Positions 1 through 13,864 of a DNA stretch of 64,000 nt are shown piece by piece. The stretch is taken from contig MCFE01000153.1 of NCBI GenBank assembly GCA_002104905.1, positions 1 to 64,000 of the forward strand, in the 5' to 3' direction. Under the pieces are notes generated by a model. It made no database searches and was not told the origin of the DNA. It saw only the letters and a list, made by a program, of their open reading frames with translations. Source of the stretch: Basidiobolus meristosporus CBS 931.73. Lineage: Eukaryota > Fungi > Basidiobolomycota. The stretch's first letter is position 1. Each line of letters starts with the position of its first letter. The translations under genes were made by a program, and so were the position numbers.

Positions 1-1465
1 GAGCATCTGATCAAGTCATCCCTACTCCTAGCATCATAAATGTGCACCAGCCCTAGAAAAAGTGCAAAGGGTAGAACAGAGTTTCAAATGTGGGGCGTCA
101 ATAATTTTCCTGTATTATTGTGGTATTCTCACAAGAAAGTGAGTCCAAGCAATCATTCGTACTATTACTAAATACGTGTACAGTCCACCGAAGTATCGCC
201 TTCGCCATAGCTTAAAAATAGCCCGTATAGCTATACAAAGCACGCTCACTCCACGATCCCAAAGCTCTTGTCATACAAGCATGAAGATGGCAACAGATCC
301 AAGCCAGCGGTGAGCATAGGGACAGGAGCACTCATATATACTGGGTATGACCATTAAAGTTGTGCATATAATTAAGGACATAAACCATAGTAAGCTGTAC
401 TCCAGTAGATCACTACAGGGTAAGCCTAATGCGCATCAAGCATTTCAATATTTATATGAAGTCATATAAGCCTCATTCAGGCCAACTCGAAATGGCAGGT
501 TTCAATAAACTACAACCTTGAGGTCTGAGACTTGTCAGAACGGATACGCAGTTACTCACTTTGAGATTCGCTTTAATTGCTGCAGCTCAACTCCTACATA
601 AAACCAGGGACGACTTGTCTAGTGTTCCAAAGTTGGATGATAGAATCGATCCGTTCCTCGGTTAGATCAAATCACAACAGTAGATCCAGGTTACTCGATA
701 TTAGCTGCCTGATTTGGAGGGTGTAACTTGATTCAGTTACAGCGTGGCGTGTGTATTTGTTGCCCGTATTGTACATCCTTAAAGTGTTCGATATGGAAAG
801 CGAGATTTTTTCTGGGTAGATGATGGCTACCTACGTCAAACCTGGCACAAGAGCGAATTATGAAATGCAATGTTCTAAATAAATCCAAATCTTGGAGATT
901 GAATAATTGTATTGAATCTTATACTACTCAAACTACCCAGGGTGGCTCGTGATGGCCCAGGAACCTAACACAAGGTGGATTTGCTTGCGTGTTAATTCCG
1001 CTTTATTTGATGAAGCCGATATCATCACCCTACAGGATGGTTTGGATTTTCGCTGACATTGCCAATCATGACAGAGTCAAGGGAAAGATTCAAAGCAACC
1101 TGATGGTGTATATAAACAGTTTTCGGTTAGTCCGTGCTGCATAGTGACACTCATCCAATTTGAATTCAGCTTTCCAATGTTCGATGCCATCAATCTCTCG
1201 CAATAGCGATCTATCGATGGAAAGTAACCAAATAAACTAATATATATTCGGAATAGTGAGAATCAATGAGGACACTATACCAATTTATAAATGAAAATAG
1301 AATTTGAAAAGCCATTAGTTAAATGAATCCAAGTACAATAGCCTTTAGTAAACACTGATGGATGTATAAGAATATTGGTGCAAAACCTCTCCACCAGCAC
1401 GCTCCCATTTCGATACGTAAACCTGAATCTACGTTGACACCTGTCACAAGACCTGGCTACTCTAT

Positions 1466-2632
1466 TTAGTAGCCGGCGTTAATGTCATCTCTGTCATCTG
1501 GCTGCTCTGGCGCTTTATCTACATAGGTCTTTCCCCTCTTTGAACTCTTGGATCTGTATAGCAAATCGACCTTGGAAGGGCCAAGGGTTTGAGCCTTGCG
1601 GGATTGTGAGCCTTTTCCTGAATCATAGGTTTGTAGCCTGCCTAGTATTGGTGTTTTTGCCTTGTATAAGCCTGACTTAGACTTGAAGCTTCGAATATCG
1701 ATAGATTTGTCACCCAAGCTGGACCCGTCAATCTCTTTTAGGGCAGACCACTTCGGGTTTGACGAGCTCATAATCTTAGTAACGTACATCTTACGCTTGT
1801 TATTTGAGCGAACTAGTCGGTTCAATGTCTTCAAGATACTCCTCATTGTGCGATCTCTGCGCTTGAAGCTACCTGCCAGAATTCGTTGGTAAGTTTTGAA
1901 GCTCCTGTTTAACCCTGTCATCTTCTTAAATAGCAATATCAGAGATTTGGATAGCGTTCGGACTTTACGATCCAGGCTGGAGTTCTTACTATACTTCCTA
2001 TTCGAGAAGTGTCTGATACGCGAAATTTTTCTAGGAGCTTGGATGTAGCGTACGATGTTCCCACCAACTCTGCGATAAAATGTTTTCCCTTCGCTATCAA
2101 GCATATCTTCGTCGTTTTCGTACATAATCCGAGTTTGCCCCGCCCTACTGCCATACCTTCTGCGGGTGGTAGGATAGATATATCTGGTCCATTTGGCAGA
2201 CGGCTTTGAGGATGATACTCTACGCGTCAAGAATCGTTGAGTTCCGGTCTTGATGTATCGAATAGTACGGCCATTGACCCTTTTGATGATAGGGGGCTCA
2301 TCACTACTGCTAGGAATAAACGAATAGCTGGTTTCTCCATCAATTCTTGATCCATCGAAACCACCCCTGGTGATCTGACGGGTACCCGATCTACGCGGCA
2401 AGAGAGTCTTTCCAATTTTTCTGGTGGTTGTTTTCTTTATTCTTGACCCGGAGCGGGAGCCAGCAAAGGCATCATTATAAACGATACCAGTATTGACTTC
2501 CTTTGGTTCCCAAACATCAACATCATCCACTATGGTTTCATCGGCTCGTACACCAGCTGTGTTGCCCAACCCCAAAGCGATCAACGCCATACCTATGGCG
2601 CCTAATTGTGGTTTACTAATATTACCGATCAT
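1466..2632 (-). CDS. Secreted, highly basic, Cys-free orphan protein (388 aa, intronless)
   Basis: Uninterrupted 388-codon ORF with a hydrophobic signal-peptide-like N-terminus (AIGMALIALGLGNTAGVRA). The body is R/K/S/T-rich with acidic ends and a twice-repeated motif (KRVNGRTIRYI / RRVGGNIVRYI). No family recognised. Confidence 0.8.
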   Translation of the reverse strand: MIGNISKPQLGAIGMALIALGLGNTAGVRADETIVDDVDVWEPKEVNTGIVYNDAFAGSRSGSRIKKTTTRKIGKTLLPRRSGTRQITRGGFDGSRIDGETSYSFIPSSSDEPPIIKRVNGRTIRYIKTGTQRFLTRRVSSSKPSAKWTRYIYPTTRRRYGSRAGQTRIMYENDEDMLDSEGKTFYRRVGGNIVRYIQAPRKISRIRHFSNRKYSKNSSLDRKVRTLSKSLILLFKKMTGLNRSFKTYQRILAGSFKRRDRTMRSILKTLNRLVRSNNKRKMYVTKIMSSSNPKWSALKEIDGSSLGDKSIDIRSFKSKSGLYKAKTPILGRLQTYDSGKGSQSRKAQTLGPSKVDLLYRSKSSKRGKTYVDKAPEQPDDRDDINAGY

Positions 2633-3243
2633 TTTGATGCAACAAATAGAAGGAATGATCAGCCAGGCTCGAGTGATGTATGGAGTTTCTCAGAAACAAG
2701 TGAATGATGAGGTGGGAATAAGCAAAACTATGACCAAGTATCACCACTTGGCTGGGGGATTTTCTTTTATATTATCCTGAGTGTTGATGGTAGCAGATGT
2801 GTTTCAGAGTGGTGATGTGTGAATTTCTTACACTGTCAAGGAAATAATATCGTTCCACGCCACCATCGGGCGATAGATTGTTAGATGTTGAATCTCTTAC
2901 TAGGTGTCAGCAAACCCGGATGTGTTTGATACCCTCTTAGACGAAGCTGTCCTTAATATCAGCTCCCCACGTGCAAATGTTTTCTAAGCTACATGATCTT
3001 CCCAGACTGTAATCTGGTGGATTACACATTCATCCATATCGCTTTGCTCCGATTTTGGGTGTCAGGCTATCAGCACAAATCACCACTAGAAATGGAGGAT
3101 TTTTCTCGTGATAGGCACAATCAACAGCACCCCGTAGATACAAAGTTCTTATTTTAGTTTATACAATGTACGCAATTATGATTTTTCTCAGAAGAGAGAA
3201 TTTTATTGTTGGAACGACGCCTATCAAGCACTACATCGATCTC

Positions 3244-3510
3244 TTAATACTCGGCTTTTTCTCTGGAACGCTCGTAATTGGTCAGCTTCTCTTTGGCCTC
3301 TGGTAAGTCCACCTCGGTGATACACTTAACTATGTTTTTCCCAACGCGGACGCATTTTGGGTCATTCACAACATGTTCTGACTCATAGCGACGAGTGTGG
3401 TGGCAGACCAACTCCCCCTCCTTTGTGTACGTACAATCATCCGAGGGTAAGCCCTGAGCAGTAAGAGCGACACAGAGAACAAGGCCTATAAGAGAACGAA
3501 GAGGATGCAT
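3244..3510 (-). CDS. Small secreted cysteine-containing protein (88 aa)
   Basis: Signal-peptide-like N-terminus (LIGLVLCVALTAQG); mature part has two C-x9-C units (CTYTKEGELVC, CVRVGKNIVKC). Confidence 0.65.
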   Translation of the reverse strand: MHPLRSLIGLVLCVALTAQGLPSDDCTYTKEGELVCHHTRRYESEHVVNDPKCVRVGKNIVKCITEVDLPEAKEKLTNYERSREKAEY

Positions 3511-5052
3511 GATAGATTCGTAAGCAAGAATAGGGTGGGGCTTTTACAAAGCCCTCTTGATTCTTATAGTCACCACGAGCTTGAAACGAAACTCGACTGA
3601 AACAGGCCTCCGTCTAATGGTGTTACAGTCGCATGTTATCCCAAATGCATATGTTCAGTGCAAATTGATTTATGTGAGCTAAAACGTTCTTGAGAAGGCT
3701 GGAGGGGAAGCACATGCTTTGAACAAACTGGCTGTAGAGCAATGGACTTGCCAAACAATGTTTCAATGAAGGTGTTAGTCTAAGCAATTACTCTCTGCCA
3801 CCTCTAATACGCATCGAGTATCCTTTTATTTTCTATTTCTATTTTCAACATCACATAAGTAATGTGAGATTTTGTACATATGGCAGCAAAGTTGTTTCAT
3901 GACAGTGGAAAGGCCCTACTTCGCAACCGAGCATAGTTCGTCTAGATGTCATACTGATCTCAGGGAGTATCTCGGTTTGTGACCGATAAGGCCTTGGCTT
4001 AAGCACTTTCCGATGGGATCAACGGAGTGAGCATTTAGAAAAGAAACCAGGTTAACCGTAGTCTTCAACTATCGTGAGATATTCTTATCCAAATGCCTGT
4101 TACTTCGTGTTCCCTAACATTACATTGGGAAATATACCAGTTTATCTCCAAGGCTTTAATTTTCTTCGTGATTGACCTGGTGGGTCAGCCAGTCATTGTT
4201 AGAGCACGATCGAGGATAAAGCATAGCCAGGCATCGCATTACATCGCATACGTCAGGAACCAACAGAGTTATGAAGATGTTTAATCTTCGAACACGTGCA
4301 CATATTGGTCGTTGAATTACTGTTTATTTGTACACCTGGATCCAATAAACAGCTCTACAATCACGACAAATTTACATTCAAGATGGTAAGCTACTTGTTA
4401 CTATTTCTACTTTCGTTCGGATGTCGATATCGATATGGATACGAACACAATTGTTATATTGGACGCTCGTAATGCTCATCAACACCAGCACTTTCTGTGT
4501 CCTGAGCATCCACAATGGTCCTCTTTTGAATGACGTTTGCTGCTTTATCATATATTCATACTGGTCTTTACGTTACATCACCACAGAGATTGTCGATGCA
4601 CCAAATCGAAGGTGCATGCGTATAAGGGGTTTTTACATATGGGCCTGCGAATTTGGATGTTCAAGTGACAACATGTATATACGCTTCCCAGTACCTACCT
4701 CCAATATGATATAGATTACTATTGTTTCAATTTGCTACTACATCCATGGTTCGTGTTATAAATACACATAGCATATCATTCCTTTTGACGCTCTTGAATA
4801 AGTAAAGGTTTGCCTTCACCGGACTTTTTTCGGAGAGCTGAGGAGTAGGAAAGGCTTTTTCACTGTAGTATTCTCAGTAACCTCTTGCTTTATGTGGCAT
4901 TCGTAACGCTTCTACCTAAAATCTTCGGCTGTAACACCTCTAACCAAAAGTAACCGTCACCCCAAGGAGAGATATCTAAACCTGTTGTCGTCTACAGGAC
5001 GTTCTCGACCATTTTAACAAGCGGGCGCTTCTCGTTTCGTAATAAGACCCAT

Positions 5053-7798
5053 ATGAACCCTAATTACGAGGACTCTAGTTGGGCGCACTCTAAACAAAGT
5101 GCCGAAATTGAGTTCCCTAACGACAAGCAAATCGAAATATTCACTCAGGCGTTGTATGATGAGACAGAAGGCTATATCTCAGACAACGACTTATACGCTG
5201 CTCCTAGCGCAAAGAAATCAGCGACAATTGCTCAGAAGTGGGAAGGTATAACCTTCACAGTATTGCGCTTTCCTCTGCTGGTAAGGGACATTGTCAATCT
5301 GGTCTCGTGCCTCTAGAGTGTTTATCCTGATGTTTCCAAAGATTTTTGTTTCCATCGTCATACTCCTCGAGCTATCTTTTTATATGATCCTACGGCAGTT
5401 TGTATACGCTTGCGAATACGTGTATTCATGGTAACCTAAAAATTCCTCAATCTTTGGTATCAGTACCATAACTAGTTGACTTAGGCGTGGAGAAAAGAGA
5501 AAGCTTCACGAACGGCTTTATAAAGCAGATAGCTATGAGGAGTGGAAGGCAGCAGCTCAAGCCTTAGACTTGTATCTGAAAAAGGAGGATTGGAAAGAGC
5601 AGATCCCATACCATTACTATGACTATAAGCTGATTTCAAAGCTGACATCTAATTTGAAGAAGCTGAGAGACAATGGTGATGAACAAAGGCTTCGAGAGCT
5701 TCTGTTACAAGGTGCAGTTAAAAGTAATATTGGTGGATGCGAAAATGTCCGCCTATATTCAAACACGTATTACGGAACCAAAACGGTCAGTTGCAGTGTC
5801 TTTGGCCATAATAGACCTCAACTTGTTCTCAGCTGCAGATTTGCTAACATCTACCTTTAGTTGGTCGAGGATTTTTTGCATGAAGGTATTGAAATCTGAG
5901 TCGCAGCAAAACAGCTATGGGCACTAAAAAGTAACCTCGATAACAGTGGCAGAGTCCCTGGCGTACATCGGTAATTGTGAAAGGCTTTCTTTAAATGAAA
6001 GGCTTCGATTCTTCAAAGCTGCAAGTAGGAGCTATGGAAGAACTGCGCTGTGTCTTAGTGGAGGGGCATCTTTTGGCTATTATCATCTAGGTCCATTTCA
6101 ATAGGACTCATAAAAATAATGGCTACTGACTCATTTCTGACAGGCGTTATCAAAACCCTTGCAGAAAAGGACCTATTACCCAAGGTCATCACAGGGACAA
6201 GCGCTGGCTCATTGATTGGTATAGTAACTCATCGGCGTATGCATAAGCTATCCGTTAATTTGCAATTACGATAGCTGCAATGGTTGGTTGCAGAACAAAC
6301 GGAGAGCTCATGGATATAATCAGGCCGGAGATCTACGAATTGCTGACAGCGTGTGATGGTGGTTACATGGTATCTGCATGATCCACAGAGAACATGTTGT
6401 AGCATGTATATGTACTCACTATCCTTTCGCAGAAAATGGCATCAAACTTTCTTCGGCATGGTTCTTGGTATTTACTAATCATAAACTGGGGTGCTCAAGA
6501 AATTATCCTAATCAGCAGCACTTAGTTTTGACGCTGGGGAATGGGCTCAGAAAGTCCAATGGGTGACCAAGGGATGCATGACTTTTCAGGAAGCTTTCGA
6601 GCGAACCGGTCGTACTTTGAACATTAGTGTGGTTCCTATGGGAACCCAAGCCCCTCCCAAGCTTCTCAACCATATTACGACACCTGACTGCGTAATATGG
6701 ACAGCCGGTAAAAGCTCCCGGAACATTCTTCTGGAAACATTCAGCTAAACGGCAATGGGCATCAAATTTTGTTTAGTGATTGCAAGTTCGGCAATTCCAG
6801 GAATCTTGAAGCCCGTTGTCTTACTGAGAAAAACTAGGCTGGGGCACATCGAGCCTTTTATCGATAGCGGACATAAATGGCGTGATGGCAGCCTTCGCAC
6901 GGTAAGGCATGCGTATTCAATGACTGATTGCATATCTTCTAACCCTTATGGTGTGTGTCGCCACCTATCCAGGACATTCCCCTCGATTCTCTGCATCATC
7001 TGGTGAGAATCTCGTTACCATTCATCAAGGTGGATAACGCACTCATCACCATATCTTTTAGTTCAATGTTCGCTACGCTATCGTGAGTCAAGTCAATCCG
7101 CATGTTGCCTTTTTCTTCTACAACAACAAGGGCAGTGTAGGCAGACCTATCACGCACAGCTCCGGAAAAGGATGGTTCGTACAATGGCTCCTGGAAACGA
7201 GGATTGCTGGTTTGTCCATCTAACAAGATTTTAGGCGAGGCGGATTTATTGCATCCTCCCTGGAGCATTTTATCAAACTTGATCTCAAAAAATGGCTACG
7301 AGTCTTGCGCGACCTTGAACTCATCCCCAACATCATGAATCAAGACTGGTCCTTTGTCTGGCTACAGAAATTCGAGGGAAACGTGACGATCTTGGTTGGT
7401 ATCCAGAATACAGTGCTGATTTGAGGAAACGGGCTGAAACCTCCTATCTCTAGCCAAAATCCACTCTGAAGGATTACATCTACATCCTTCGGGACCCTGA
7501 CTATCACCGAATGGTTAATTACATCACCCTTGGGCAACGTAACGTGTGGCCGGCCTTACATATGATTGACAACCGCATGTGCATCGAAAGGATAATAGAG
7601 CAGAACAAAAGTAGCATCAAACTCGCAAAAACCCGCTCCAAGGGAAAGCACCCGCTCTACCACAATCGAGGCGACCGCGATGGGCACGCCCCTAGCGTGA
7701 TACGTAACATAGCTCAGCATACAGAGGGCCATCGGACACATACGTGGCAACAGGGAACAGCAGAACAGCCTGGAACATCCTCTAAGAATATCATTTAA
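5053..7798 (+). CDS. Patatin-like phospholipase / triacylglycerol lipase (Tgl3/4/5-SDP1 family), multi-exon
   Basis: Spliced reading gives a DUF3336-like N-region (W..AA..LD.YL.KEDWK), glycine loop LCLSGGASFGYYHL (~6050), nucleophile motif ITGTSAGSL (~6190) and WRDGSL (~6880). Short GT-AG introns, e.g. 5281-5341. Confidence 0.92.
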
Positions 7799-9369
7799 CT
7801 AATGCTTCGTATTGCTCTCTTGAGCAGTATTCGTGATCACGCCAATACATGCTTCCATCGGCCCTAATTCAGGAAACACGGTCTGTTCATTGCGCACCTT
7901 TCCCATTCTCATGCACTCCGAACCCTCCACAATGCCTTGAGATGACATAAAATAATTCTTAAATATTCATCAATACCAAACCTTCTCTTCCGCTACGCCG
8001 GTTGCCAAGACCTGGGTAGTGATCCATTGCGAGTCATATGATACACGACGTATGTAGCCAGCCGCACGCCGGGCCTCTAATCCAGTGGAAAGATAAGCAT
8101 CATGCGATTACATCTTGTGAACCCGAATATGCACGCCAAGATGGAAATAGATGATCACTCTTTACCAGGTGCAACCAGTTGACCACCCCGATACGCTCTC
8201 GCCAATAAGGGATCAGCGAGGTTTAAGGTTTATTAAGAAACAGACTCAGCCGCAGACAATCCTTCCCGTAGACCAACAGTCTAAGGGCCATATGAGATTC
8301 AGCGATCTTTCTTATAAATGCCATACTCATCCATGTGCACATCAGGTAACCAGATGAGAGTCAGGAATGATCTTGGCATCCGGCGAGTGAAATGCGGCAC
8401 CTCGATTTTCAATCATTTGGTTAAATCAACCCATTCGTAGAAATCGATATGGTGCGGTGCATCTATTCCTGACAACCCATTTCCTAATTTGGCCATCGCA
8501 GGCTCGAATCCAGCTCCGACAAGACAAGACTCTATCCTGTATTGTAACCATGATCTTGTTATGGAACAGAGGCTTTAGAATCGCCTGAGTATACCACCAC
8601 TTGGTACATAAATGCACACGCGAGTGTCACCGACTACTTTGTGTCGGGATGAAATTCAGCTTGGAGCAGGAATGCCAAGGCAGCATCTATGCACGTGTGA
8701 CGCTCAAATGCCGATGATTTTGGCCTGGCTGCCCACTTGGCAATCATGATGGTGTCCACCAGGTACCAGATGAATGCGCGCACGGTAACCATGGAAGTTG
8801 TTTTCGTTGGCACTCCGGTGCCAATCACCGTGGCCCAATACCGATCAATTACTCTTGTGAATCGAGTGCTGCTGATTAGAAGGCCAATTTTGCTACTCGT
8901 CGAATAAGTTTCACTTAAAATGACTTATTCGACTGTGGATCTGGCTACTGGTGAGTGTGCCATTACGAGAATTTATCCAAATTTATTCAGCAATCCTATT
9001 AGCTCACCACTAAAAGTCACAGCAATACACAAATAGGTGTTTGTAGCACGATTATTACTCCAATTGAACATTCAAAACCCGACAAATCTTTTTGCTTCCT
9101 CTAGGATTTTCCTGTATATAATGACAGTTCCGTATCCGTTGCATGTTATTGGCTTTTATTATTATTATCTTCAATTAGCGTACCAAGCCCAATTCATCTG
9201 TCCACGCTACTTGCACCTCTTGTCCTCAACGTTGGTTCTACAATTCTATATCATTTGGTGACCTATTTCTTTGCAACTTATCTCTTGTGTTTCCAAAGGG
9301 TTAGGTGTCAGTAACAACAATACTGTTCGGGTTTTCACTGCATCCGTTGATCTCTATAATACAGAACTT

Positions 9370-12300
9370 ATGCCTTACGCTTCACCCCCCAAACCACCCA
9401 AATCTACTGAGCTACTTGAAGAGTTGTCTACTTCGACCCAATGCTGGTCACTCAATGAGAAGGAAGTAGACAACGCCAGCCTCTCAAGAAACACACGATT
9501 CTATTCAGACTCTGCGATAGCTGCTCCGCGTTATGACATTCAGTATCAAACCCACAGTCAACCATTGCCCCCTCAGCACGAATACTACGACACGGCATTA
9601 CAAACTCGATATCACACGAATCACGATACTCTTCACAACTCAACCTATCGGCCTTCCTTCCCGAATGAGCGTATGCAATCCCACTACAACCAAGTGACTG
9701 CCCCATATGCGTTTGGTGTCAATTCGAACTGCCCTCCGTACTATGCCCAGGCACCTCTACGCACCGTGAGCAGTCATTCAGATTCCAATTTGGAGTATGG
9801 TAGATCAGCCCGTTTGCTACATAGCGAGTACCAGGAAAACTTTACCCAACCGAGCACTCCTTCCGAGGAGTCAGAGACATATTCTATGCATTCTTTGAGG
9901 ATGCCTGATCCCTCAGACTATCTATCCCACGATGGTGTGCCGCTCAGCCCCAAAACCGAATTTATGGCTATTCCTGATCCACGAGGTTAGCAGAGGAATA
10001 ACATACCCACTGGAGCACATACTCATGTCTTTCTAGATTACCAAAACGCGTGCATCATCGATCCATATGATCCGGCGCTCCTACCCGTGGTCCGAGAAGG
10101 CCTGTTAAAAAACCTAGAAGGTCGCTTCGGAAATTACCAGACTAACGAGTACTTCGACTGCTTTAGCGGTCATGAGATAGTGGTAAGTCTGTGCTCCTCG
10201 AATCTGGTTTCCGTGTAAAAGATACTCAAAATCGCCATTTCTTCTCGGTCAACTATAGGATTCTATCTGTACAGTTCTCGAGGGGGTGCAGAGGGAAAGC
10301 GCACTACTTATTGGACAACTGCTTCAAGACCACGGGGTTTTCCATCATGTTGGCCCACAAAATCGAAATCTGATGGATAATGACCAGGAGTTCTATAAGA
10401 TTGCCAGTGCAGAGGAGGACGAAGCAGCTGAAGCCATCAGTGGCCGCAATCAGGGCTTTGAGCATTCACCAGACCTGATTGATTTTCAAGAGCACGCAGT
10501 CTCTGCCAAGACGCAGAGCTCGTTAGACCACCCTACCGACAATGAGGTATAGCGTTCGTGCACAAATTTTGAACCAACCGCACTTGCTCAACCCAGAATT
10601 CCAGAGCCAGACAGTGGATACACCACTCTACTCGTCCACCAATGTCTCAAGAAAGCCCACAGAGCTGATCCGACAGTCCACTAACGAGGTAGGCGACTCG
10701 TAATCACGGGTACAGCGCTCGAAATCACTTACCCTTCCATATTTAGTATGAGAATTTGTGGCTTGCTTCAGTGCCAAGCACAGTGTCCGAGTCATTGGCT
10801 GATAAGGAGAGAAACCGTCAAATTGCTATTTTTGAGATCATCTATACTGAAGATGAGTATCTTCGTGATCTGAAATTGTATGATTCGGTAAGGCAACCAG
10901 AAGTTGTTAATTATAAACGTATTTTTGCTAACAATGTATCCATACATAGCTTTTCATCGAGCCACTGCGTGCCTCTCGTGTGTTCAGCAGCGAGAAGACT
11001 GATTGCTTCATTCAAGATGTGTTCGGTAATTACCAAGAGCTGCAGCTTCTTCACAAGGAGTTTCTGAGTTCTTTTCGAGAACGACAGAAGGCCAAGCCAA
11101 TTGTTGAAATGATCGGGGATATCATGGTACACTATGCCGAGAGATTTGAACCATACATCCGGTTCGGCATAGGATCCGTCAGCTCTGCGCGGGTTGTTAA
11201 AAGTGAACGCTCGCACTCTCCCGCTTTGCAGAGTTTCTTGGAGGTTCGAGAGCTTATTAGTCCATATGAATTCACACCCCGACTTCTAATGTGCCTCAAT
11301 CTTGATTTAAGGAGTGCCAAAAGAACCCTGAAGCCCGTAAATTGCCGTTGGAGAGCTTCTTATCCAGACCTAACTCACGGATTGCCCGATACCCATTGTT
11401 ACTGGACAGAGTTCTCAAGTACACTCCCGAAGAGAGTGTCGATCGCCAGATGCTGGTTTGCGCCATCGATTCAATCCGAGAGTTCTTGAACAAGCTCAAT
11501 GAGGAGGCGGGGCATGCAGAGAACCAGCTCAGGCTACAGGAGATTAGTGATAAGATTGAATTCAAGTCGGAGGATTATATAGTAAGTCCCGTAGCATGCT
11601 AGAGGATTTCTACATGCTTTCTAACGTATGTATGTGAACACAGGACTTGAAGCTGAACGATCCTAGCCGCCAATTGGTCCGTGAAGGAATACTGAAGCGT
11701 TCCATCGGACAGAGTCTGAGAGTGATTCTTTTTGACCATGTACTTCTGTTGGCCAAGGAGAAGAAATTCTTCACCACCGGGAGTATGACATTCCGGGTTT
11801 ACGCTAGGGTACCTTCATCCACCCCCACTCACATCAATCGAGGTTGCTTACAAGTTCGTTTCAGCCCATTCCCCTGGAGTTTCTATCTCTGCAGACCCAC
11901 CCTGAAGACCCTATGGTGTCCAGCGAGGACCCCACCAAAACCGCATATCCCTTCAGCATCACCAATATAAGCAAATGGGGAGGAACGTATACTCTGATAG
12001 CTAGCTCACTGGCCGAACGAAAGCAATGGATTGACAAAATCCAGGAACAACAGGCGAAACGAATGTTCAATCGACTTCGGATTTTTGAGCTTCTGAGCGT
12101 TTCGGACAGTCACTTCGACTCCAACTCCAGGGTTCTATGCTCCACGCTTTATTGTAAGTAAGCGTCACTACTCGGTTCTATAGGTCCGTACTCAATTCAG
12201 TTGTCTGTATCTAGTTACTCGTGACGGCAAGAGAAAAATTGCCATCGGGACCACAAGTGGACTCTACGCAGGATTTGAAGGGGACCCAGCCAGCTTCAGT

Positions 12301-13490
12301 AAAGTTCTGACGCTGGACAGAATCCGTCAAGTAGAGGTTCTAGAGAAGATCAACATGGTTTTAATTTTACAAGGTGGGCCGATTTGATTCACCGTCCTGG
12401 TAAATTCGAGTTTTGTGTGTTATTAACATACTCTCTTTATTAGATAAACTTTTGCTGACCTACTCCACTGATGTGCTTGATGTGCCCGAGTCGTCCGTTA
12501 ATCGCCATGGACAAAAGCTTGCTTCCCATGTTGGCTACTTCAATGTTGGGTATTGTCGAGACAAAAAGATGGTGGTTATTATGAAGCCCAAAGGATTGAA
12601 ATCGGTTTTCAAGGTTCTTGAACCGATTTCCTTGCACCTTAACCCGAAAGCGAAAGGGAAACTACTGTGCCAACGAAATGGGTTTGCCCTGAGACTATTC
12701 AAGGAGTTCTACATCGGAGCAGAATCGTATTCTGTACAGTTTCTAACCAAAAAGCTGTATGTTGTGTGCCACAGAGGCTTCGAAATCATCAATTTGGACG
12801 CACTTCATCTGAACAAAAGTAATCATTGCAAAGTCTATGCAACACATAACCGTACAAGATCCTAATTTGGTTGGATTCTAGGCATCCCCGACTTGAACGA
12901 TGACGCCCAATTTGGCTTCATTAATAAGCGAGAAACTTGCAAACCACTGGCAATGCTTCCACTGAGCAAGCAGGAATTTCTTCTATGCTACAATGGTAAG
13001 GTCAATTGTTTCCTGAGAGCAGCTTGGATCTTTTTTTAACTGTTTGCGATGAAAATAGAGTTCGCCTTCCATTTGGATAATCTTGGGCAGCGTACCCGAC
13101 CCAATTTGATAATTGAGTGGGAGGGACGACCAACCAATATTGGTAAGTTGACGGAAAGACCATCAAGCTTGATACCGATCGTGTTCTGAATTTTTTCTTA
13201 TTCTAGTGCTTTACAGCCATTTTGTGATTGCTTTTGATCCATCTTTTATGGAGATTCGTGACGCTGAGTCCGGGGAGCTCATCCAGATCATTAAAGGCTA
13301 CAATTTGCGATGCTTAAACCCTGGCACTCACAAAGATAGTGTCCACCTAGCGATGGAGCCTTTCCGCCAACATGAGCAGCATGTATTTAGACTTTTGTGG
13401 AACAATGCTGCAATCCCACGGTGTGATGAGCTTCAGTCAGACGACCCGTTGGTTCGAAAGTTCTCCGAGGAAGATGTTTCGGAATTTTAA
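9370..13490 (+). CDS. ROM2: Rho1 guanine-nucleotide exchange factor, Rom1/Rom2/Rgf type (DEP-DH-PH-CNH), multi-exon
   Basis: Low-complexity N-terminus, DEP-like CFSGHEIV (~10160), DH motifs RQIAIFEIIYTEDEYLRDL and LESFLSRPNSRIARYPLLL, PH segment LNDPSRQLVREGILKR, and C-terminal CNH-like exons. Start codon and paralog assignment are less certain than the family. Confidence 0.9.
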
Positions 13491-13864
13491 GCCAGAGGCG
13501 CGCCCGCGCCCCGCCACCATACACCTTAACCTAAAGCCCTCTATCAACTGTCCTTGATCCACTGTAAATTTTTTCGTCTGCAGTATATATATTGTATTCT
13601 CTTGGTTCAGCTTTTCCCTGGTTGGATTGGAATTGATTGGATAGTTGCTCACACTTCTTGGATATTTCAAAATATATGCAACATGAAGCTGAGTATCTCT
13701 TGCCGCTACTAACGTGCCTTTTATGGCGACCTTTACGCGAGGCACAACGCACTAGAAACCGAAAAAATAAAGATGTTACAAGTACCATCTCCGGTCCCAG
13801 CCTAGTGGATGAACTGAATAGCGCAGTCCGACGGAGACAAGAGTCGCCCATTAGAGATCTAGTT

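Noticed and set aside
4093-4800. Short ORFs 4093-4284 and 4421-4714, and a broken minus-strand frame
   Set aside because: No motifs or splice support; indistinguishable from intergenic sequence.
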